The translations under genes and the position numbers were made by a program. A stretch of 63,163 nt of DNA, filler included, from Vannella sp. (Eukaryota): NCBI GenBank assembly GCA_023345925.1. It is 4 parts of 4 records of this genome, joined end to end, with 100 filler letters (N's around TTAATTAATTAA, not from the genome) between each part and the next. Parts side by side here need not be neighbours in the genome. Positions count along the whole stretch, not along the records: positions 41,090 to 54,265 come from JAJQQN010000211.1; positions 54,366 to 63,163 come from JAJQQN010000821.1; 2 more parts are not named here. One strand, 5' to 3'. Shown here one piece after another: positions 46,234 to 57,123 of the stretch. The notes beneath the pieces are model-generated. The model searched no databases, was not told where the DNA came from, and saw only the letters and a list, made by a program, of their open reading frames with translations. How positions within the stretch are numbered: position 1 is the first letter of the stretch; the number at the start of each line of letters is the position of its first letter.

Positions 46234-47218
46234 TTAGAGCTCATCATGAACTGGGTGAAGTTCTTCGGGTGCTTCGGCCTCCTCAGGCTCAGAATCATCA
46301 GAAGAGTTGAGAGCCCACTCAATAATGTCAGCCTCTGTGCGAGAACCGTCATAGTTTGTGGAGACTCCTTCCCTCCATAGCTTGATGGCTGGGTATCCGG
46401 AGACTCCATTCTCCTGGCAGAAGTCTTGAAGGCCTGGGAGTGTGCAATCAACCTTCGCCACGTTCAAGCGATCGCTGATCTTCCGGGACAAAGAGGTCCA
46501 GACAGGAGCCAGTGTTTTGCAGTGGCCGCACCAAGGAGCGTAGCTGTTTGTTCGTTAGCAGATGCCAGTGAAGAGAAGGAGTGACATACAACTTGATCAG
46601 CCATGTTCCTTCCTTCAAGCGGTCAACCTCTTCCAAGGTTTTGATCACAACGACGTCGCCAAGGATCAGTTGGCGGGTCCATTCTTCAACTGCGGCGTGG
46701 TCGCTGAGATCTCCATTATAGAAGGTGCGAGAGGACTTGGAATGAACACTGAGGACAGGTTAGGAACAGGAGAGAGGGAAGAAGCATTCATCAGGAAGAA
46801 GTTATCCGCAGGATAGCTCAAAGAGCTCTCGGTTCTCAAACTTTAAAACATCATAGAATGGGGAGAAGATGGTGTTGTGTACTCACACCGCAAGACGAGG
46901 ACAGCTCTTAGTAGAGACACCAGAATCAAGGCAAGGGTCCTCATCAGTTTGGCAGTTAACCGCTCCAACCTTACTGAGGGATGTGAGACTCTCCAACAGC
47001 TCCTTTGTAATAGGATCCACCTTCTTTGTGCCACTAGAACGAAAGATCAGCAAAGGCCCCCAAGCAATGACAGATGACACGTACAAATAAGTGATAAACT
47101 CAGCATGGCGAGAGAAGAGGCCCTCGTAGCTATCATCTGTCACCTGGTACACAATCGGAGACTCAGCCAAGACACATAGCACCAAAGCGAGCAAAAAGAA
47201 GTGGTTCATCAGCGCCAT
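46234..47218 (-). CDS. ER protein disulfide isomerase/thioredoxin-domain protein
   Basis: Signal peptide, first Trx-like fold without CxxC (KVGAVNC), second with YAPWCGHCK, AKVDCT and VSGYP, C-terminal HDEL. Confidence 0.88.
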
Positions 47219-47437
47219 TGGAGGAGGAAGTGGAAATCTTCGAAACTTTCGGCCCTTTTCCCTTTCATCTGCCACGCGTTGGCTTTCAGTTGGTTGTCCA
47301 AATGAATGCCCAAATAATGAATTTAATGGTCTCAGGATCTCATCAATGTGCGGAATGGTGACTGGACCGAGAGTCTCTTCAACATGACCGGCCTCGGTCC
47401 TTTAGGAGGTCTGTGCATCCTTTGAAGGGAGAGAGAA

Positions 47438-48247
47438 TCACATGTTGTGTTCAAGCCATTGGATGATGTCGGCTACTCCGGCTCTGGATTGCTGAGTGAG
47501 TAGTATTCGGTGTTGAGGTTCGTTCTCTTCTTACCCTGTTAGCGAAGAGCAGTAAAACACTTTCCGGCGGATCTTTCCGGCACTGGAGTTCGTCTCTTCA
47601 TCTATTGGCTGTGAGTAAGCATGGCAAGAAGCGGAGTAACGCACCCTCAAAGCCAAAGATCCTTTTGATGCTATCGAGTGGGAGGGTGTCTTCTTGATCG
47701 TTCTTGTTCACTACAAACACTATAGGACGTCCTCCAAATGCCGAGCACGCGCTTTCTAGCAAGTACAACCGAATTTAGGAGCCTTTGACACTTGTCATGA
47801 CAAAGTGACTTACCGAAACAGTCTTTGTCATCCTGGAGCTCCTCTGCTAATGAGGTGCCATCTATCATGAATAGGAGGACGTTAGCATCGGGATAGTAAC
47901 TCTTCCAGATGCCTCGAATGTCGCGCTGTCCTCCCAAATCCCAGAGAAGCAGCTTCTTTGAGGGCGCTTCGATTCGGCCAACTGTTCTCTGATGAGCGGA
48001 AGCATCATATACTTCGACGTACTATTCAGTCCCCTTGATGGAGTGTACTTTGGGTACCGAATGGGCTGGTACTCTGGCCTATGAACCTTCTTTGCTGACT
48101 CAACGAACGTCTGCTCAAGGTCAGGCAACCTCCCGCACCCTACACCACACCCACCGTCTTCCCAACTTCATCTGTACCAACAACCAACACCTTAATCTCC
48201 GGTTTCAGAGTCCACAGAGTGTAAACCCCGCAAAGAAGCGAGTACAT
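47438..48247 (-). CDS. ARFRP1: Arf-related small GTPase, ARFRP1-like
   Basis: MYSLLCG N-terminus (Tyr2, no myristoylated Gly), GTDEVGKT, RGLN.IG, WDLGGQ..IWKSYY, VNKND, CSS. Five introns. Confidence 0.8.
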
Positions 48248-48450
48248 CCCCGGTGAGGAGGAAGTGAGGGAAATGCGCTTTCCCCCCCGAATAATCGTTT
48301 CCACTCTACTTTGTTGTAACAAACTGAAAGCAAACGTCTTAAAGGACGGAAGGAAACTGGTTTGACTTCGACTAGACTCACGAGAATCAATGTTGAGGTT
48401 GGAACATCTCAAACGAGTGATGCAGAGGCACACTAAAGGCTACCTTACTT

Positions 48451-50937
48451 ATGATGGCAACAGATGAAACCGACCGGCAAACGAGTATCAAAAGGAGACT
48501 CCTCATCTCATACCTCGAAGGAATGATTCCCTTTCACATGGGAAAGAGCTTCCTTGGAACAGTTGTGGACCAGAACACGGCCATCTGCTTCTCCATGAGT
48601 TGCTTCATCATCTCTCAACTCTATTCTATCTTCTTCCCTTCAAAAGTCTCGTTCTGGGAGTCTCCCCTTGCACATCTCAGCATGAGCAGTCGTTCACTCC
48701 TTCTTCATGTTGGCGTCGCCTTGGGCTGGGGAAAAGCAGTTCATTGTGCCTCTCTGGGGATAGTGAATACAGTTTTCCTTGGGCTGATGGCGTTGGAGGT
48801 GCTGTCGCAGCTGGGAAACGTCCTTATGAGTGCTAAGGGCATGGCGGAGGGCCCGTTGGTGGCTTCTCTGTTCTTGTTCTATCACTTGTATCCGGTTCTA
48901 TCGCTCTATGAGTGTATTGCTGGCGGTGTGGTGTTGGGCTACTGTGTGGCTGCTTGGATGTCTTACATCTGTTGCGCTCTTGTGGGAGGGACTTCCTCTT
49001 TGGCTGTTCGTTTCTCTTACACTTTGATGAGTGTGGGGACGATCTACTACGGCTACAAGATCTCCCAATCCACCAAGAATTGGAGAACCACTCTGACTTT
49101 GCTCCGCCGCGAGGTCCAACAAGAACTCTGGCTCAATGCGTTGCTAGGCATCGCGGGTACCTTCTTCTGGCGTGTCTTCTTCATCCACACGATCTACCAG
49201 GACAGCGACGGCAACCTGTGGAGCGGTGGTTCCACCTGGTCCGACCTCAGCTTCCACCTGAACGTCATTAACTCGTACATCTACGGCCAGGTTCGTTCGG
49301 GGTACATAGTAGGAGCAACGAACTCACATAGAAGTGTCTAGAACCAGTTCTTTACTCTGTTCTCCAAGCCGAAGTCGGTCATCTTCGCTGGCTTTGGGAT
49401 GTCTTATCCGTTCATCCCTGACTGGCACTCTACATCATTGGTGGTGGCTGGAGGCACTGACTTGCGCTGGGCTGTGTTGATGCCTTCGTTCTTGATCAGT
49501 CTGGCCTTCGTCATCCTCCTCTTCTTCTTCTGCCGTCGCTTCCTGGCTTCCGGAACCGCTGCAGTCAAGAGCTTATCCAAAACAGCTTCTGCTGTCTCGT
49601 TCAGTGGGACCAGCTTCCTTGCTGTCATCATCTTCCTCACTCTGAGCGGAATTGGCGGCTTCAGCGTCCTTTACCACCGCGAATGGAACTGGGATAGGGC
49701 CATTAACCACGACTGCACTCAGTTCACAACTGATGATAAGGAGATCTACTGGTTCCACCCTGTTTGCCACGTTCTGTTGCCCCAAAGGTCGGCACTCTTC
49801 GCTTATCCTCTCGTCCTGCTCGTTTCCTCGTGCCTGTACCAAGGCGTGACCGCTGAGCCTGGGTTCCTGACGCCAGCACACAAGAGAAACTTGTTCTTGA
49901 TCAGTGGCTTCATCACTGGCTTGCTGCCTCTCATTCATGCGCACTCTTTGGTGTGCTTGGCGATGATTTTCATCCCGTACGCGCTCCTTCATCCCATTCG
50001 CAGCTTCTCTATCAACAAGGAGACCGGCTTGTTCGTGCATTGGCTGCAGTTTGGCATTCCTATCGTGTCTGAAGCGCTGATTCAGATTCCAGTGTATATG
50101 GATCGTTTGGGAGCTGACAAAGGAGCCTCGTTCCTTGTGTATAACCCCATTATCTCCCATCACCCTTGGAAGTTGTACACAGATGGCACCTGGTACGATA
50201 CTGCCATGAACTTCTCCTTGTTGTGGCTGCGGGCGATTGGGCCCTTCTTGCCTTTGTCGTTGTTGGGCGCTCTCTTCTTGAACGGGAAGCAGCTGAAGCT
50301 TTATCTGTCCTTCTGGGTGATCTTTGCCGTGTCTAACGTCATCCAATTCCAACCTTGGGACAAAGATAACACCAAAATGTTCCTCATTTGGGTGCTTCTT
50401 GCTGTTGCTGTGGTGGCTATGGTGATTATTAAGCTCTGGAATGCTCCTTCTTTCCTCACAAAGCTTATTGCCATTGCTCTTGTGGTCTCTATGGTCCTTA
50501 CTGGCTCCATGATGCTCTATCGTGAGTCCACATTGTGGTGGCAGTTCATGGATCCAGAGGATCAGGAGTTTGGGCAATGGGTTGCTGCTAACACGGATTC
50601 CGAAGATGTTTTCATTGTCAACGACTCGCATATTCATCCCGTCACTAACTTGGCTGGCAAGACTGCGATGATCAATATGGCAGGCTGGGTGCAATCGCAT
50701 GGATATCCGCGAATGTGGGAAAGATACGCAGACATGCGCAACATGCTCTCCCGCCCTGACGACTTCCTCGACCTCTTCAGGCGCTACAATGTCTCCTACA
50801 TTGCTCACGACTGGCGCCTGGGCAAGGACAATAAGGTTGACTTGGACTTTTTCTCCTATTCTGAGCATGTGGAACAAGTCTTCACCTCTTCCAAGTACTC
50901 TGTCTTTGATGTGCGCAAGCTCTCGGCTTCAAAGTGA
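48451..50937 (+). CDS. Large multi-pass membrane protein, GT-C-fold glycosyltransferase-like
   Basis: Many TM helices; luminal loop WSDLSFHLNVINSY...FAG..MSYPF; PQRSALF; GLLPLIHAH; FQPWDKDNTK; soluble C-terminal domain (LAGK...GWVQSHG..RYNVSYI). One intron 49291-49341. Confidence 0.75.
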
Positions 50938-50968
50938 GTTTAATAAATAGATGGCTTTGAGATCATCT

Positions 50969-53190
50969 CTAGTGACTTCCTCGGACCATAAACACTCCAG
51001 GGATGCTGTCAGGCACTCCCATTTCCTTCAAGAGCAGTTCCAGGATGGCGCTTTCTACTTTGGTGTTCTGGAGTTGAGTCATGGGATCCTCTATGGGGCA
51101 CCGGAAGATGTTAGGTGAGAAGATCAGGGCCAAGTTAGTCAGCCCCATGCGGGTGACTTTTTGGTTCTCTGGTGAGGCGATGATCCGAAGGAATCTCACT
51201 AAATACAAGAGAACGTTGCGATTGACATCTGGCAAGTCGTGATAGACAAGGTCGGACAATACAGTCAGTTTACCCTCGTTCTCGATGAACTTGGGATACA
51301 GTTCTGGCGGTATTATTGCCACACGAAGCTCTGACAGCCAAGTCTTGAGGAGGCAAGCGGGAATGTGGGGGTTCTCCATCTTGGGCAGAGTTGTGATCCC
51401 TCTTTCAACGAGGACCTTCGTTTCGAATACCTTGTCAAGGGGTGCTGATATGCGGAAGACTCCTTCTGCCTGTTCCCCCTGGCTGTCCAAGATACAGTCG
51501 GCAATGGTGGCTAGTACACGAGGAATCCGGACATTAGGGTGTTGGGCCTTCTGTTGTTCCATTATCTCCTCCAATGTACCACCAAACATCGCCCCCCAGA
51601 AAGGATTCTTCTGCAATTCCACAATCTCCTCCCGACTGGGCACTCGAGTTATTGTGCTCGACTTCCATCGAGCATCGTAGCGACGAAGACAGTAGGCTGC
51701 ATACATTGAGATGCGACTAGTGTCAACATGCAACGCTGACTCGTTCAGATAGCTGCGGATGTACGGCTCCAGATTCTTTGTGCAGGGGAAAGAATCAATG
51801 CAGATAGCCATCAGCTCCCATCCCTTGATAGTAGAGGGCACGTTGGGGTTCAACGTCACTTGCTTGATGATTTGACAGTAAATCTCATCGCGCAACTCTG
51901 GTACACTCCCGCCAGTGGTCGCCAGACGGCGGGCTAAATCAACAGAGTTCTTTTTCGGCTGTGGGCGGTCCCCCATGTACATTTGGACAGTTCTGAACGT
52001 ATCCAAAGCCATCTTGCTATGTTCTTCCTTCAGAGTGTTGAGGAGGCTCTCTTGGATAGAGTCTTTACTCCATTCCAAGAGACTGCCGATGCTAGCTGCT
52101 CTCCTGAAGATCCCCTTGCGCTGCTGATTAAAGTAGTGCTTAGCATATGCTAAGGTCATTGTTAGGTCACGTTCTGGAGGCCAAACAAGCCCTTACTCTC
52201 CATCTGGAAGAGGTGAATCTCCCCTTGAAGCTCCGCAGGCATGTGGCGGATGGTCTCTACGAGCCCTGACGGTCTTTGCCGCTGAGAAGGAGCTCTTTCT
52301 ACCTTGGGTACGCTGAGGAACACAACTGGGTTGCCATTGCTGTCTAGGAGAGGAGGGCGCGAGTCTTGTGGGTGTGAAGGAAGCTGAGAGAGCTTCACCT
52401 TACCATTCTGGCGAGTCATAGGAGGCATTGGAAGCGGCTTATCCACATTGACAAGTGGAGGAAGCTCTGCAGGAGGTGTGGGAGGAACTGGCGTCGGCAA
52501 GGGCTTCAATTGGACCGGAGGGAACGCTGCCTCAGGCTTTTGGACTGCAGCAGGAGGCTTAGGCATGGTTTGTTGGGGTATGTATAGCGGTGCATTGACC
52601 AGGGCTGGCTCTGGGGCTTGCACCTTGGGGGGAGTGGGAAGTGGTTGTGAGGGGACCACAAGAGCTGCCCTTGAGTCCCTTCTGGGTACAGGTGGCAAGC
52701 TATATGAAGGTACATCCATGGTAAGGCTAGCAGGTGGAGGCTGGGGCCGCTCAGGTGGAAGGCGAGGAGAGAGGGAAGAGCGGGTCAAAGGGGCCGATGT
52801 TTGGTATGGAGGCGGGCCAGACACCTGAGGAGCGTACATTGGATGGTAAGGAGGCGCATGTTGAGAGGCAGCTTGAAACATCAGCGATTCCTCGTAAGAG
52901 GGAGGAGGCGCATCCGGATCTGTTGAAGAGGGAGCCATGGATGTGACAGGGGCTGCTTGCATCCCTCCTTGACTCCCATACGGACTTTGTGTGTACATTG
53001 GGATGTAAGCTGGGTGAATGTGGTGTCCAGGATAGGCCGCTGGAGGGTAGTACCCCAAAGGAGGCTGTCCATAACCTGCCATATAGCCTGGAGCCACCTG
53101 AGAGTAGCCCTGCATCGGCATCTGTCCCTGGTAATAGAAGTTCGGAGGAGCCTGCACGCTCCCGTTGCCATAAACCGGAGGCTCAGCCAT
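50969..53190 (-). CDS. MyTH4 + RhoGAP protein (ARHGAP39/Vilse-like) with Pro/Tyr-rich N-terminus
   Basis: MyTH4 (YMGD..ELRDEIYCQIIKQVTLN..GWELM) and RhoGAP (EGVFRIS, LLKTWLSEL, RMGLTNLALIFSPNIFR). One intron. Confidence 0.92.
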
Positions 53191-53257
53191 CGGGCCAAGA
53201 GGAAATGAACCTTCTGGAAGAATCAGAAAAATTGGCCCCCTTAAAAACATATAAAAA

Positions 53258-54265
53258 ATGGATTGGAATGAGTCGTGGGCGATTTTAGAGGGTTCTTCGG
53301 TCCATTTTTTGATGGCCTCCTCTTCGGTGGGTGAGGAAGCCCTCCTCTGGCCGAGGAGTGATACTGTGGACCAGTTGATGCAGGAGGTGGAAAGGTGGAG
53401 TGTGGTATTGGTGCAGGGGCCAGTGGGGATGGGGAAAAGCTCTTTGGCAAGATTGGTTCAACTGCAGGCGAGCAAGGCCGGCTGGGGGACTCATTTGATC
53501 CATGCTTCTCGCTATTCCTTGGAATTTGGAGACCTTCCTATTGATTGGTCTTCTCTACGATCACCAGAGTGCTCTATGTTGATCATTATTGATGAGGTGA
53601 GTCCTCCACTGCCCATCCGGAGCAGTTCTCAACAGAACTCAGGCCCAGGCTTTCTTTGAGAGCCAACCAGGGCTCTGGCAGAGCATTTCGGTGGTTCTTG
53701 AAGCAGGTTTAAGACCTGAAATGCGGTTCTTACTCTTCAGCAGCCAAACAATGGGGAGGGTCTTCCAAAGTACTCGTTTACCTCGTTGCCTTGGACCCGA
53801 ATTCCTCTGGCTTACGCTAGAAGAGCGCCACATACTAACAGATCATCTTTCTACTTCCGTTAATGGGGGTTTATCGCCCCAGACGGTGAAATTCATCCAT
53901 CAATTGGCCGGGTTTCATGTGGGGGCGATAGCAATGATGATTGAATCGTTCTCTACTGCAGATTTCGAACGTTACAACCGCTCCTTCAGTGAATTAGATC
54001 CAATTTATCTGGGCAGAGAAAAAATCCAGCTTCGTTGGCTCCATTCAAGTGAATTCCGCCGAAAAGTGTCTGATTCTGCTTTCAGTCCCCAGCGATGGAG
54101 TCTGAACGAGGCAGAAAAGCAGTTGGTTAGGCATTGTGGTGAGCAATGGCGCCTTTCGCGGTCTCTGACTCCTTTCTGCATTGCCCCTTCTCAAGAGGAA
54201 ATTCTTTGGCCACTTTGCCGTGACCATATCCTGTGTGCTGCCAGCAAAGAACTAGCCATTACGGC
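53258..54265 (+). CDS. P-loop NTPase (AAA+/STAND-like), 3' truncated by gap
   Basis: Walker A VLVQGPVGMGKSS. Walker B IIIDE|AQ is completed across a GT-AG intron (~53597-53642). Then FLLFSS and LAGFHVG. Confidence 0.75.
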
Positions 54266-54365
54266 NNNNNNNNNNNNNNNNNNNNNNNNNNNNNNNNNNN
54301 NNNNNNNNNTTAATTAATTAANNNNNNNNNNNNNNNNNNNNNNNNNNNNNNNNNNNNNNNNNNNN
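54266..54365. other. Assembly gap with artificial TTAATTAATTAA linker
   Basis: N-run with the linker at 54310-54321. Confidence 0.97.
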
Positions 54366-54620
54366 GTCACAGAACCTTCCTTTGCTCCTACAATCCATCC
54401 TTTTCACTCTTTTCGTCCTTTCCTGCTCTTTCTGGAGTCCCCCTTCCAAGTGAGCTTTGTGACGGCGTTTAACTGCTCTTTGGATTGGCAAAGACATCCT
54501 GGATGTGGTGGTAAGGAAGCTAACAATAGGAGCAATCCGGTTTGGTTTTCTGTGCGCAGTTGAACGCTCGTGAAGCACAACATCACACAGCCATTCGGAA
54601 GGGACTCGAAATTAATACGT

Positions 54621-55211
54621 TTATACACGTCCGTCCCATTCTGTTGGAGGAGGGGTTTGTGTGGACTGAAAGGAAGTTGGTGGATGGGGTGAGGAGTATT
54701 TGTGAGTGATAAGCGGGGTTCTCCACTCTTTCAGAAGAAGGGTGAACATACAACGCCATGCCTGCTCGTCACAAGCGAGTTGGAAAGGGGTCATTGCCTC
54801 CAAGTTTTTCAGTTTGGGGGAAGCTCCTAGGCCCAGGAGGAGTTGAGTGGCTTTCCATTGCTCCCCAAACACAGACCAGTGGAGTGGAGTCTCGCCATCG
54901 TTATCAGCCAGGTTGATGTCCGCTTCTGAAGCAACCAGAAGCCGAATCATCTCTGTATGTCCTTTGTGACAAGCCCAATGCAAAGGAGCTTCTCCAAAGT
55001 AGTTGAATGCGTTGGGGTCCGCGTTATGGTCAAGCAGAAGCGAGGCCATTTCCAAGTTGTTGTTGAGGGCAGCAAAGTGGAGAGGGAAAGAGCCCAGACA
55101 TGACTGAGTTTGAAAGGAAAGAAACGAGTGCTCGTGAAGGTGTTGGGGCACATCGTTCGCAAAGTGCATCAACAAAGTCCATCTCCTCCTGTCCTCCTCC
55201 ATTTTGGGCAT
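54621..55211 (-). CDS. Ankyrin repeat protein
   Basis: 3-4 ankyrin repeats (FPLHFAA, GEAPLHWAC, GETPLHWSV, TPFQLA). Confidence 0.9.
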   Translation of the reverse strand: MPKMEEDRRRWTLLMHFANDVPQHLHEHSFLSFQTQSCLGSFPLHFAALNNNLEMASLLLDHNADPNAFNYFGEAPLHWACHKGHTEMIRLLVASEADINLADNDGETPLHWSVFGEQWKATQLLLGLGASPKLKNLEAMTPFQLACDEQAWRCMFTLLLKEWRTPLITHKYSSPHPPTSFQSTQTPPPTEWDGRV

Positions 55212-55307
55212 CACAGAAGCGAATGGGCGATTTTTAAGGCGATTCCATTCGCCTCCGTTTCACGTCGAATCGGACAGCGTTTCCATTTATGGCGCTAAAG
55301 CCAGCAC

Positions 55308-55402
55308 GATGTTTTTCCTTTTGTGGCACTTTCTTCCATGACGTAAGTACGATGTGACTGGTGTCAGTACGATGATGTTTTTCCTTTTGTGGCACTTTCT
55401 TC
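55308..55402. repeat. 29-bp exact direct repeat, two copies, period 66 bp
   Basis: GATGTTTTTCCTTTTGTGGCACTTTCTTC at 55308-55336 and 55374-55402. Confidence 0.9.
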
Positions 55403-56037
55403 AATGTTACGGACCATTTTCTGGTGCTGAGGGACTGTCCTGCATTCCCTCATCAGGTCCGGATCTTCTTTGCTGCTCGGCATGAGCCAAGCTCTCGCAG
55501 ATAGCCCATACCTGTTAGATCCAACCATAAGGTGGATGTGTTTCCGGAGATCGAACCAAGCTCTCAAACACGCAAGATAATCTCAACACTTTGTGTGCAA
55601 GGCTTTGCTGATTTCCGCGAGCTGAGTGACTACGGATCCTTCTATTCATCATCCACTATGTTCTCCAACCGTATGTTTCAACCTAAAATGCTCTCAGACA
55701 GGAGAATTCTGCGAAGAAGCTCCTGGGGTGAGGAAGTGGAGGCGATTATTGTGACCACCAGAAGGGCTCGAACCAAATGCTAATACTATATCCCTTCTTA
55801 TGAAAGCGCTTTGCAAAGCTCCCACACCCAAGAGATTCTAGAAGCTCGTGAAGTCAAAAGCTCTCCTTCTCTCTTGTTACTTTCTGAGCAAAAGGGAAAT
55901 ACAACCCTGAACCTCCTGTAACTTTGCCATTGGCGTTCTGCTGCATGCGTGTCCATTCCGAGTGCATGATGGCGCGACTCACTTGGAAGAGAAGGCTGGG
56001 AGGTCGAGGATGAGGATGTCTTGGAGTGTTTATCAGT

Positions 56038-56986
56038 CTACCAGTTAAACTGAAAGTGCTGATGCCCTTGATATGTATCCCAGGAGCTCTCCCAATCCCA
56101 TCCTGGGTGAGCCATAAAGGCTTCGTAGCAAACTCCACCGGGTCCAATGATTGTCCCTGGAATCTGTGTGCAGAGTGAGCTCATGAGCAGTTGGATGGAA
56201 GACGTACCACAAGAGATTGCTCCACATATGGCGCTCCTTCAGGACGTAGGATTTGGTCCCCGTTCACGTACGGATTGATAAGAGGGTTGACATCGACGGC
56301 TTTCCCGTAACTGTGAAGCGAGAACGTCCCTGGCTTGTTCGTGATAGCGCGACAGCAAAAGGAGAACGTGTTGTTATCTTCAATGGCTGCTGCTTCGTTT
56401 GCGCCGTAGTGGGCCATCAAGTTCATCTTGTAGATGGGAAACCCAGCGACAAAGAGCTCCTCGAAGACTGCTTTGACGGTATTGGACACACTAGCGTGTA
56501 CTATCATCTGTCCTCGCTCAACAGACGCTTGGTCGCAGTTCCAGTAGGGCAGTTCGAGGAGAACAAGGTCTTCAATGGGGACGGGCAGCCTTCGTACCAC
56601 GTCCCGTTCGCCAGCATGTCTGCTACGATGAGGTTGGGAATAGGGTAGATGACCTGCCCTCTGGCATCGAGTTGAGAGCCGCTGGGCTTTGTAGGACAGA
56701 GCTGGAGCTCGTTGGCGGCTTGGGCATGTGGTATGTACATCGGCGTTGGATGTGGTATGTACACCGACGTTGGCATAGGGCTAGGCGACGGACTCATTGA
56801 ATGAGATGGACCGTTGTGGACCCGATAAACAAGTCCGCCACTCGCCATCACTACCACCACCATCAACCCCACCAAAAGCAGCAGCGCAACAACCAAAGTC
56901 TTCACCGGCTTATCCTGGTCCAACGCTTCTTCCAGCTTCGCATAGATGGGCTCCCATTCCTCAATACCAAAGTATAACGTTTTCAT
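56038..56986 (-). pseudogene. Membrane-anchored M15-family (Peptidase_M15_4-like) metallopeptidase with one frameshift and one intron
   Basis: TWYEGC/PVPIEDL is split by a 1-nt frameshift near 56583. Then GQMIVH, FPI, NNTFSFCCR, SLHSYGKAVDVNPLINPYV. GT-AG intron 56164-56207. Last exon IPGTII...GWDWESSW...HQHFQFNW*. Confidence 0.87.
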
Positions 56987-57123
56987 GCTTATTTAGAGTC
57001 TCTCGAGCTATGTGCACACCCATTCTCAGCTATGTACCCTCCATCATTATTACGCAATATTATCATCATCCGCACAGCTCGACTCCTTATTTATTGTCCC
57101 TATTTGCCAATTTATTGTTTTAA

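Noticed and set aside
49573..50877. 434-aa antisense ORF and similar shadow ORFs over HEATR1, SMC3 and AT3
   Set aside because: Antisense shadows of real genes caused by codon bias, with no motifs.
55308..55402. CRISPR-like 29-bp repeat with 37-bp spacer
   Set aside because: Only two copies, similarity extends imperfectly beyond the core, no cas genes and a eukaryotic context. A local duplication explains it.
56727..56775. 24-bp tandem duplication
   Set aside because: In-frame duplication (YIPHPTPM/YIPH) inside the M15 stalk, not a separate element.
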